Shown here piece by piece: positions 6,999 to 14,180 of a DNA stretch of 20,000 nt. This stretch comes from an uncultured virus (IMG/VR IMGVR_UViG_3300005617_000177) (Duplodnaviria > Heunggongvirae > Uroviricota > Caudoviricetes): the IMG/VR virus record IMGVR_UViG_3300005617_000177; one strand, written 5' to 3'. A model generated the notes under the pieces. It saw nothing but the letters and a program-made list of their open reading frames with translations. It had not been told where the DNA came from and did no database searches. The position numbers and the translations under genes were made by a program. Numbering within the stretch: the first letter of the stretch is position 1; each line of letters begins with the position of its first letter.

Positions 6999-8522
6999 CT
7001 ATCCCCTCATAGCTAAGGCTTCTTCGTGAGCCGTTGGCACGTCAACAATTTTTCGCAGGGCATCTGCCCATTGATGAACATTACTTCTTAGATCAAAATT
7101 CGTTTTTACATATTGATCTGCGGCTGTCAAGTACTTCGCTCTCTTTTCTGAATCATAGATCAGATCGTAGAGTCCGCGTGAGAACTGTTCGGGTGTTCTC
7201 GCCTTGACTGCGCAATCATCCGGAATCGAACTGAATGGTCCTGTGTCGGTCAGAACACAAGCGGCGCCGGCGACAGTGGATTCAATGTACTTGATCGGAG
7301 ACTTGGACAGATTGAATTCCAGATTCGGATCGAGCGGACAGATGCAAATGTCCGGTTGTAGAGTAATCAATGTATCGTGAAATAGATGAACATCAACGCC
7401 TTTGATGTAGCGAATGTTCTCACGACCTTTGACTATAAACTCTGCCGCTCTGATCTTCATTGAGGGGTCGCCGTTCAGATAAAGCTCCGGCGCGCGGCGC
7501 AGATCGGCCTCGGTGTACTTCTCAGCCCTTGCCAGGACTCCCATTGACATATAAGGATCCAGGAATTTCGGAATGTATCCCATGAATCCTAAGACTATGG
7601 TCTTGCCAATCTTTTCTTCCAGCTTTGCTTTTTTGTTAGTGATGAAATCGGCCAGAGTCTTTGCAGTCCAATTTATGTCGACGTCATGAGTCTCTCCACC
7701 GTGCCAGAGGACGAACAAGAAAGACGACTCTTCTCTCTTCGGAATCGTGAACTTATTAATGTCTATGGCGTTGGGGAGTACGAACGTCTTTTCAGGGAAA
7801 CCAAGTTTCTGCGCGAGGTAATCGTTGGATACAAAAATGGCGTCGCTAATATCTCTGAGCCAGGAGACGAATCGACGTTGGGATGCAGTGTAAACGAAGC
7901 GAGCGGCATTGCCGGTTGGCATTCCATCCAGGTCGTCATCAATCTCATAGACTATCTTTGTGCCACCCTGCTTGAGTTTGTTCACTACAGATTGAACGAT
8001 CGGGCAAATGTCGTTGCCGTCTCCATAGTTGCCGGCTCCGAACAATCCTCTCTGGACTACAACTATATCGTAGGCTCGCATGGCCTCGTAGTTCAGTTCT
8101 GAACTGGCTTCGGCCAATATTTCATCTGGATATGTTTCGTTCAGAATGCGAGCCGGTTCAAGACAACGCCAGAAAGCGCAACCACTTGTCCCGTTCTGTA
8201 GGAAATAAGCGGTGATGCGTTTTTCATTCAGAGTTTTGTATATAGCAGCGTCAAGAAAGTCGGAGCATCGAAGGATCGCTTCTGAATCTAGAATGCCGTA
8301 GCCTTGTGGAGTTGCGAACGCCTGTCGGCCGTGCTGTACTAGAGGCTGTACATATTGATCGTAAATCGTGGCATCTATAACAGACGTAGCTCCACAGTTT
8401 GTGATCTCGATCATTCCATCGCAGCGGCGTAAGACTTGAGCTCCGGAGAGGATTCTAAGAGCGGCTTGCTTTGCTTCCCGCAATCGGATCGTTGCTCGAT
8501 CTATGCTCAGTTCGGAATTCAT
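6999..8522 (-). CDS. GT-B fold glycosyltransferase (GT4-like, phage type) with ~100-aa N-terminal extension
   Basis: SGCAFWRCLEP, VVVQR, VYEIDDDL, VSNDYL, VLPNAID, WHGGETH, DICICPL...FNLSKSPIKYIE...G...TDTGPF. Confidence 0.9.
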   Translation of the reverse strand: MNSELSIDRATIRLREAKQAALRILSGAQVLRRCDGMIEITNCGATSVIDATIYDQYVQPLVQHGRQAFATPQGYGILDSEAILRCSDFLDAAIYKTLNEKRITAYFLQNGTSGCAFWRCLEPARILNETYPDEILAEASSELNYEAMRAYDIVVVQRGLFGAGNYGDGNDICPIVQSVVNKLKQGGTKIVYEIDDDLDGMPTGNAARFVYTASQRRFVSWLRDISDAIFVSNDYLAQKLGFPEKTFVLPNAIDINKFTIPKREESSFLFVLWHGGETHDVDINWTAKTLADFITNKKAKLEEKIGKTIVLGFMGYIPKFLDPYMSMGVLARAEKYTEADLRRAPELYLNGDPSMKIRAAEFIVKGRENIRYIKGVDVHLFHDTLITLQPDICICPLDPNLEFNLSKSPIKYIESTVAGAACVLTDTGPFSSIPDDCAVKARTPEQFSRGLYDLIYDSEKRAKYLTAADQYVKTNFDLRSNVHQWADALRKIVDVPTAHEEALAMRG

Positions 8523-8529
8523 TTCCGGC

Positions 8530-8538
8530 AGTATACCA
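8530..8538 (-). promoter_or_regulatory. Extended -10 promoter (leaderless transcript) for the glycosyltransferase
   Basis: TGG-TATACT-N7-ATG; no Shine-Dalgarno. Confidence 0.65.
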
Positions 8539-8541
8539 CAA

Positions 8542-9489
8542 TTAAGTCAAACCTGTTCCACTGATAATCCATTCAGTGTCGGCGATCTTCATGGCTGTGG
8601 CTATGCCGTTCGCGGCAAGAGATCTGTTTCCTGTTGAGCCGGTACCTGCCATAGTCAGAATGTCTGAGACAATCGCAATGGTAACGGTGTTGATCTTGTT
8701 GACGAAGATAATAGTTGTTCCCAGAGGATAGGCAAGATTGACATTATCGGCAATCGTAAACGTTCTAGGATTGTTATCCGATGCCGGATGGAACACGTGC
8801 CCACCAGAATCTAAAATCGTTGTGGTGTAATCAGCTATCTGTGAGTTTTGTTGTCTGGCTATATTCTGCTTGGCATTCAACGCCAGGTTCAAATCTGTTT
8901 GGCTGAAAAGAGTGCCGACGATCTGTCCCCAGGTTGGCGGGCCTCCTGTCGGCGGCGTGAAGTACTCGAGAACTGGTTCGTCTATCTTAACTCGAATCTG
9001 CTGAAGGGGAGTCCCGATATCAGCAATCTCTTGTAAATGCTGAGAGAACGGCTGGACGCTGACATTGACCTGCCCGGGTGGATCCGAATCCGCGGTGGCG
9101 CCTTCAAAGTTTATGATTGTGGCGGATTCATCTAATACAGTGCCATCCACCTTAATCATTATGCTGCGAGGAACTATCACGGTCGCAAATCCTGGAGGAT
9201 CATTGACGGTTTGCAGCAACATGAGGGTTGCAGCCCCGGCATCGGGGATCTCTACCGGCGTTCCACCAGCCACATTAAAGCCTTCAATCACAGCTTCGAT
9301 GTAGGCAAGACAGTTCGGCCCGCGCGGAACTGTGAATGTGAATGAGCCATCAGCTAAAGTGCGTGTCAGGCTTGGAGAAGCCGCAGTCAGAAGCTGGTCT
9401 TTTAGGACGCGAACAATACGAATCTCAACACCCGGCTTGGGTTGGTTGTTCGGTTTGAAGACATATCCAGTGACTACACAGTTTGCCAC
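8542..9489 (-). CDS. Tail-fibre / virion accessory-like protein
   Basis: N-terminal prealbumin-like segment (VTGYVFKPNNQPKPGVEI...TLADGSFTFTVP), PTWGQIVGTLFSQTDL...LNAK linker, C-terminal QNSQ.ADYT..I.D.G...RTFTI...WIISGTGLT beta domain that I recognise from environmental phage structural proteins. Confidence 0.7.
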   Translation of the reverse strand: MANCVVTGYVFKPNNQPKPGVEIRIVRVLKDQLLTAASPSLTRTLADGSFTFTVPRGPNCLAYIEAVIEGFNVAGGTPVEIPDAGAATLMLLQTVNDPPGFATVIVPRSIMIKVDGTVLDESATIINFEGATADSDPPGQVNVSVQPFSQHLQEIADIGTPLQQIRVKIDEPVLEYFTPPTGGPPTWGQIVGTLFSQTDLNLALNAKQNIARQQNSQIADYTTTILDSGGHVFHPASDNNPRTFTIADNVNLAYPLGTTIIFVNKINTVTIAIVSDILTMAGTGSTGNRSLAANGIATAMKIADTEWIISGTGLT

Positions 9490-9495
9490 GTCTTC

Positions 9496-9504
9496 ATTCT
9501 AGCA
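9496..9504 (-). promoter_or_regulatory. Extended -10 promoter (leaderless transcript) for the tail-fibre-like gene
   Basis: TGC-TAGAAT-N6-GTG; no Shine-Dalgarno. Confidence 0.65.
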
Positions 9505-9511
9505 CCGACGC

Positions 9512-9952
9512 TCAATTTTGATTCGAGCGTTGGTAGACCAAATCGAGGAATGGTTCGACCTGGGACCGTGCCTTGAGGTATCGGTCTCTGGTCTTCGCGA
9601 GTCTCTGATCGAACCGAGAGCCGCTCTCGTCCGAACCGATCATCTTGTTCAGTTCAGACAGGAGACCGGCAGCTTCATCGATCTGTGCTTGCTGTTCGGG
9701 GTTGAATTCGTGTGTCATTTCGACCTCCGCACTATCAGTATCAATGGATTGCAGAAGAAATTCAACGTCTTCAGTCAGTTCCCGCAACATCTTGACGGTG
9801 ACCTGGAGAAGATTCTTACCTTCTTCCCGTTCCCACTTCTTTGCTAAATGCGGTCTGAGTCGTTTTGGATCTGGCGAGATTGTGTGAGCCCTGTTGATGG
9901 CACCCAGGGCAGTACGGATCTCTTCGTAGAATCTTTCTGCCTTCGTTAACAC
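9512..9952 (-). CDS. Hypothetical helical protein (146 aa)
   Basis: GTG start overlapping upstream TAG (TAGTG). Confidence 0.75.
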   Translation of the reverse strand: MLTKAERFYEEIRTALGAINRAHTISPDPKRLRPHLAKKWEREEGKNLLQVTVKMLRELTEDVEFLLQSIDTDSAEVEMTHEFNPEQQAQIDEAAGLLSELNKMIGSDESGSRFDQRLAKTRDRYLKARSQVEPFLDLVYQRSNQN

Positions 9953-10221
9953 TAGTTGACACTCGAATGCAAATGCTGTGCGTCGGTCCTTTCAGAGCAA
10001 TTTGCATCATAAACTCGAAGGATGCGGGCGACGTTGGTCATCTTTTCCGGCCCTCGAACTCCCAGGACGTGACACATAAAGGCAACCATATTACATCGTT
10101 CGGTCCAACATATTGAACCCTGATGGTCTTCATTGGCCTCGTGTTTCTCGACAACTTGCAGGATAGCTTTCTTCAGTTCCTGCATGTTCGCATCGTTTTC
10201 GCTGATGTTTGGTTTGTCCAT
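9952..10221 (-). CDS. Hypothetical protein (89 aa)
   Basis: AGGAG RBS; coupled to the next gene. Confidence 0.75.
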   Translation of the reverse strand: MDKPNISENDANMQELKKAILQVVEKHEANEDHQGSICWTERCNMVAFMCHVLGVRGPEKMTNVARILRVYDANCSERTDAQHLHSSVN

Positions 10222-10229
10222 ACCTTCTC

Positions 10230-10682
10230 CTATTGTCTCAATTCTTTTCGTACTTCCATCAATAATTTGCCAAGCATGTTTTCGCCGTAGCCGTGAGCAG
10301 GACAGATGCAGACGCCAAAGAAGACGTCGTGCCAGGTGTTGCCTTCGATCAGTTCTCGCTCGCCGGTCTGTTGCAGACGGAGCCAGAAGTCGCCCTGACT
10401 AAACTTCTTCATAAGCAACTCCTTCATTATCCCTAGCTTGATCTCATCCCACCCCGCCCTGAGTGTAACCGCATGTCGGCCCATCCATTTGGCCAGCCCT
10501 GGCCCTGCGGCCGTTCGGATCTTTTCTCGCTGTTTAGGGTTCAGCGTCTTTGCAGCCTGAAATGCAGCCTCAAGTGTTGGATAGATGGCCCCTTCATACT
10601 CGATTTCGCAAGGCTCGAAGTTGGATAAAAATTTGTATTCACCCTTGAAGCGATCAATCGGCGGAAGAGTATCGAAAAGCAT
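10230..10682 (-). CDS. NADAR family protein (YbiA / T4 gp30.3-like ADP-ribosylhydrolase or N-glycosidase)
   Basis: FLSNF, YPTLEAAFQAAK, AK..GR, LR.GWD, KF.Q, LIEGNTWHD.FFG, GENMLGKLLMEVR; start set at ATG 10682 (TAATG overlap). Confidence 0.93.
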   Translation of the reverse strand: MLFDTLPPIDRFKGEYKFLSNFEPCEIEYEGAIYPTLEAAFQAAKTLNPKQREKIRTAAGPGLAKWMGRHAVTLRAGWDEIKLGIMKELLMKKFSQGDFWLRLQQTGERELIEGNTWHDVFFGVCICPAHGYGENMLGKLLMEVRKELRQ

Positions 10683-11059
10683 TATTTGATTTCCTTCATC
10701 CAGATCCAAGGTGTTCGTTGCACTATAAGACCGGCGCCAGCGAGCATGCTTTCCATCCGCGCGCTCCCTACCGGATTCAGAGAATGAATAAAGAAGGTGG
10801 TCTTCTTGAACAGTTCTGTGTGCTCGATAATCCAGGCCACAAGCGCTGTGCCAGAAGCATCCTTGTTGTCCTTCTCATAGTGTTCCTCAGCGAGATCGTG
10901 ATCGAGACAGATCAAATCGTACGGACCTTTCAACTCGGTTGCTAAAAGAGCCGCCATTCCGGACGCGAAAGAAAATGCGAACTCCAGTTCATGAGTCCAG
11001 TTGCGCTCTCTGAAATCTTTGGCCCTGTGTTCGCCGTCATCAACGAATAGGATTTTCAT
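10682..11059 (-). CDS. Stand-alone cyclic-phosphate-processing receiver domain (cREC)
   Basis: KILFVDD..R, DLICLDHDL, SG..LV.WI, IHSLNPVG..RM: motifs of this divergent receiver family rather than CheY. Confidence 0.85.
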   Translation of the reverse strand: MKILFVDDGEHRAKDFRERNWTHELEFAFSFASGMAALLATELKGPYDLICLDHDLAEEHYEKDNKDASGTALVAWIIEHTELFKKTTFFIHSLNPVGSARMESMLAGAGLIVQRTPWIWMKEIK

Positions 11060-11249
11060 TTACAGCCTCGTATTGATCTCGCAGTCGAATGGCAGCGCCG
11101 ACATCAACGCCATTCATTTTTCTCTCTATGAGAACGTATCTCACTGCTAATTCAGATGGAATCACACGCGCATCCCGGCACAGAGCACAACACACAACAG
11201 CAGGATTTCCGAAACAACGTGGGCATTCTGTCAGTTTGGATTCACTCAT
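11040..11249 (-). CDS. Small Zn-finger protein (69 aa)
   Basis: CPRCFG...CALC; ATG 11249 with GAGG upstream preferred to the TTG in the track. Confidence 0.7.
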   Translation of the reverse strand: MSESKLTECPRCFGNPAVVCCALCRDARVIPSELAVRYVLIERKMNGVDVGAAIRLRDQYEAVNENPIR

Positions 11250-11673
11250 CTCTAGCCTCTTTAACCACCAACTCAGTCCGCGGCCCGTCTTGATCTTCCC
11301 ATCGCTTTTCAACCAGGTCGTAGCGACAGATCATGGAATCGCTTTGCGGCCAGAGAGCATCTTCAATAGCTTTTATGCAGTTGGCTGTATCTGGTTTTGA
11401 TGTGTGCAGCCGGCCACGCATCTGCTCGCGTTTCTTCTTAGACCAACTCTCCGGCATTCTAATGAATATTTTGGCGCTCAGACATATCGGACCAGTCTGA
11501 AGAAGATTCAGCGGGCGAATTTGATTTGCGATGTCGCACCAGTCTCGGTAGCGAGCTACAGGTGGTCGAAGGTTCCACTTATCCGAACGAGTCATCCGAG
11601 GTTTAGGCACAGGATCGCCTGGGATCGTAAACTCCCAGGTGCCTATCTGATTCGGAGATCTCTTTATTATCAG
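11242..11673 (-). CDS. rusA: RusA-family Holliday junction resolvase (predicted CTG start)
   Basis: FTIPGDPVPKPRM, MPESWSKKKR, HTSKPDTANCIKAIEDAL...DS.I, PRTELVV; the reading frame extends upstream of GTG 11610. Confidence 0.88.
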   Translation of the reverse strand: MIIKRSPNQIGTWEFTIPGDPVPKPRMTRSDKWNLRPPVARYRDWCDIANQIRPLNLLQTGPICLSAKIFIRMPESWSKKKREQMRGRLHTSKPDTANCIKAIEDALWPQSDSMICRYDLVEKRWEDQDGPRTELVVKEARDE

Positions 11674-11939
11674 TTCAACGCTCCGAGGATCTCTTCAATG
11701 GATTCGTCTCCAGGCCATTTATTCCAGATCTCTTTTAATGGCGCTGCGCGCAGATTACCTTCCACGACATATACGACCAGGTTATCTGGCCTTGGTGGAG
11801 CTAAAGCCGAAGCCCAATCCTTTTCCCATCCCAAGGTTTTAACTGCGCTACCCCAAACCAAGTCGGCTGCAACACTGTCTCCTAGATTGCGAACAATCTG
11901 ATCGAACAGGGCATTAACAATGAATGGTTCACATTTCAT
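11670..11939 (-). CDS. Hypothetical protein (89 aa)
   Basis: ATGA overlap at 11936-11939. Confidence 0.7.
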   Translation of the reverse strand: MKCEPFIVNALFDQIVRNLGDSVAADLVWGSAVKTLGWEKDWASALAPPRPDNLVVYVVEGNLRAAPLKEIWNKWPGDESIEEILGALN

Positions 11940-12187
11940 CTCTTCACCCACATTTCTACGATCTTTGAATCGTCTTTTGGATCTCTGCCTATGTTTCTTC
12001 GATCTTTGGGAATAGATTCCCTTGCTTCTTTGAGGGTATCAGCCAGTACAATGTCAGAGCCGGGGACTGGTGTGCTGATTCCATGAGCGATAGCCCATTC
12101 CCTAACGACAAAGTACTCAGGGTAATCTGCGGGATGATCGTAGATTACGTGAACAGTGAGAATGAGATCTCCGCGTTTGAGGTTCAT
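11936..12187 (-). CDS. Hypothetical protein (83 aa; IYDHPADYP..FVVR.W...R...DD..IVE.W)
   Basis: ATG 12187 directly follows the upstream stop; the motif pattern looks like a recurrent uncharacterised phage family. Confidence 0.7.
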   Translation of the reverse strand: MNLKRGDLILTVHVIYDHPADYPEYFVVREWAIAHGISTPVPGSDIVLADTLKEARESIPKDRRNIGRDPKDDSKIVEMWVKR

Positions 12188-12188
12188 A

Positions 12189-12425
12189 CTAGACAGGTTT
12201 GACTTCTCGCTGTAAAGAATTTGCGATGTGTACCGATACGATTGGTTTGTGACACGTACCGCATCCGATCGACAAGATGCCGGATCCAACAAGATACTTC
12301 ACTTCCATGCCTGATCGCATGTGACATTGAGCATGGACGTACATTTCGCCGTGATCTTCTGTGCAGCCCTCAGCTTGACAGCCGCCGCTCATTACTCGAT
12401 CCAGTTCTTCCTTGTACAACGGCAT
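12189..12425 (-). CDS. Small Cys/His-rich metal-binding protein (78 aa)
   Basis: CQAEGC...H...HAQCH...CGTC. Confidence 0.7.
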   Translation of the reverse strand: MPLYKEELDRVMSGGCQAEGCTEDHGEMYVHAQCHMRSGMEVKYLVGSGILSIGCGTCHKPIVSVHIANSLQREVKPV

Positions 12426-12427
12426 AG

Positions 12428-12631
12428 TTACACCTTCTTTGTTTTGTATTTTTTCTTGATGTGTTCTTTCAGGTAGATTCCCTTGCTTGGGGCGGCCATT
12501 AGTTCTCTGAAGACTCGTTCGGGAACATCGTAGTATTCGTAGATCGAGCCGTTCAGGAAGGAGATGGTGAGAACTGAGTCCTCGTAGCCAATCGCTTCTA
12601 TGTGAGACGATTCAACAGGAGTAAGTTTCAT
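12428..12631 (-). CDS. KTSC domain protein
   Basis: PVESSHIEAIGY...L.I.F.NG.IYEYYDVP...F..LM.APSKG.Y...HIK. Confidence 0.95.
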   Translation of the reverse strand: MKLTPVESSHIEAIGYEDSVLTISFLNGSIYEYYDVPERVFRELMAAPSKGIYLKEHIKKKYKTKKV

Positions 12632-12637
12632 GGCCGC

Positions 12638-12646
12638 ATTGTACCA
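12638..12646 (-). promoter_or_regulatory. Extended -10 promoter (leaderless transcript) for the KTSC gene
   Basis: TGG-TACAAT-N6-ATG; no Shine-Dalgarno. Confidence 0.65.
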
Positions 12647-12653
12647 AACAATC

Positions 12654-12974
12654 TTATTGATTGCTGGCCTTTTGAAGTATGTGTGGAAGTTCGAGATCCG
12701 CTCTGAGTAGATCTGTGGTGAAGGGATTGAGTGCCTTCTCTATCAATTCTTGAGCGATCTTAGCTGTGAGATAGTTAGTCTCTTCGAGAGATCCGTCTGT
12801 GTATTCCATGATGATCTGATCCACCAGGGTTACAGAGATTTCAACCAGACGTTGACGCTTGAAGTCCTTGGCTTTCATATCTGTATCGAACTGAATCTCT
12901 TCGATCTCTTTAGACAGTTCCTCCAGTTCCGGAATCATTTGTTTGCTCCTTGTCACCGCCATGATCGTGGACAA
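12654..12974 (-). CDS. Hypothetical acidic helical protein (start uncertain; ATG 12962 or 12938 possible)
   Basis: ORF on the coding strand filling the gap. Confidence 0.65.
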   Translation of the reverse strand: MSTIMAVTRSKQMIPELEELSKEIEEIQFDTDMKAKDFKRQRLVEISVTLVDQIIMEYTDGSLEETNYLTAKIAQELIEKALNPFTTDLLRADLELPHILQKASNQ

Positions 12975-13341
12975 CCCGACTAATTAGAGCGGCGAGTTTG
13001 TTCAATGCATTCTGAGAATCGACATGGTAGCTTCCAACAGATAATCCCCTGTACCAAAATAGGGGCGGGCGGCATGCACAATCGCCAGCGACTCGCGCTT
13101 CGGTGCCGCATTCGTCGTAGAATGGCTGTGCGTAGCTCATTGGGATTCCTGGCCCATCTGCAATCCAATAACACCATGCTCGCTTGAACGACCAGCCATA
13201 TAACGTACCCATAACAATCGTCCGCATTTCCGGGTGTCGATCTCGAGTAAACTCAGGGAGTTTCACTACTTCAATTCCAGCCTCGGAGAGCTCTGCGGCG
13301 ATAGCGTCATCGGCGTCGACCACTCCCGCATAGTTCTTCAT
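12910..13341 (-). CDS. Hypothetical protein (143 aa)
   Basis: GAGGA RBS, TAATG coupling; W.F.RAW.YW...YHVDSQ pattern. Confidence 0.75.
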   Translation of the reverse strand: MKNYAGVVDADDAIAAELSEAGIEVVKLPEFTRDRHPEMRTIVMGTLYGWSFKRAWCYWIADGPGIPMSYAQPFYDECGTEARVAGDCACRPPLFWYRGLSVGSYHVDSQNALNKLAALISRVVHDHGGDKEQTNDSGTGGTV

Positions 13342-13589
13342 TAATTGACATCCTCTTCGGTGCTCCAGGTTCCATCCTTTTTGAAGCGTCCGATCTCGAA
13401 AGGAACACCGTCCAGGGCCGGAAATATATTCTTGATGATCTTCTCGCCTTCTTCTACATTGACATTAGGAGCGGACAGCAACATAAAGAAAGGACTGGCG
13501 CCGCCATGTTCCGTATCTATCTGCCGCATAAGATCGGCAATCTTTTTGAGATCGTCTTCAGTGAACTCGCCCTTCAGTAACACGTCCAT
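13341..13589 (-). CDS. Hypothetical acidic protein (82 aa)
   Basis: Strong AAGGAG RBS. Confidence 0.75.
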   Translation of the reverse strand: MDVLLKGEFTEDDLKKIADLMRQIDTEHGGASPFFMLLSAPNVNVEEGEKIIKNIFPALDGVPFEIGRFKKDGTWSTEEDVN

Positions 13590-13818
13590 AAATCTCCTTA
13601 AGGAATACCTCTTGTCCCAGTTTCTCGCGACAATCCTTACACAGAAAAGCCTGGATTATGGTATCTATTTGATTCTTTTCTGCAAAATTCTTAGTCCCTT
13701 CCAGATCAGTCAGGCATTCCCACCCTGTCTGCTTGCACATCTCGCAGAGGCGGTCCTGACACAAATCGCAATGCTTCTCTGGATAGAGACCAACAATGTT
13801 CAGCATTGATTTCTTCAT
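13558..13818 (-). CDS. Small Zn-finger protein (86 aa)
   Basis: CDLC, CEMC, CKDC; ATGA overlap. Confidence 0.7.
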   Translation of the reverse strand: MKKSMLNIVGLYPEKHCDLCQDRLCEMCKQTGWECLTDLEGTKNFAEKNQIDTIIQAFLCKDCREKLGQEVFLKEIYGRVTEGRVH

Positions 13819-14180
13819 ACAGTCCCGGGTCTCGGCAAGCCACAGCTACTCACATAAGCCGAGAACTCATAGCTATGAGTTTGTCCTCCCATTCCTCCGC
13901 TCATGTCGTATGCTAGGAACTCAACAAAGATGGCATGATCGCTGCGCCCTGCATTGATTACATTGGTTATGTGCCCGTTCTCGTCGACTCCAAATCTTCT
14001 TAGGGCTGTCTTATATGCTGTATCGCATGCTTTGTCGAATCCAGTTTCTTGTCTATCAACCGTAAAGCGAATTCTTTCTCCTAATTTGTATTGTGGTGTC
14101 ATAGTGTCCTTCTTAGCTTCTTCTACTCTTTTGAACCACGCATCCATTCTCTTTATTTTCTCTCTTGTTGGTGGATTCAT
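13815..14180 (-). CDS. Hypothetical protein (121 aa)
   Basis: ATGA overlaps at both ends. Confidence 0.75.
   Translation of the reverse strand: MNPPTREKIKRMDAWFKRVEEAKKDTMTPQYKLGERIRFTVDRQETGFDKACDTAYKTALRRFGVDENGHITNVINAGRSDHAIFVEFLAYDMSGGMGGQTHSYEFSAYVSSCGLPRPGTV

Noticed and set aside
8543..8553. TTGACT as the -35 box for the glycosyltransferase promoter
   Set aside because: Only 9 nt from TATACT, too close; the extended -10 is sufficient.
10682..11059. Conventional two-component response regulator
   Set aside because: Has LDHDL and IHS.N motifs, lacks the conserved KP lysine, and no kinase is present.
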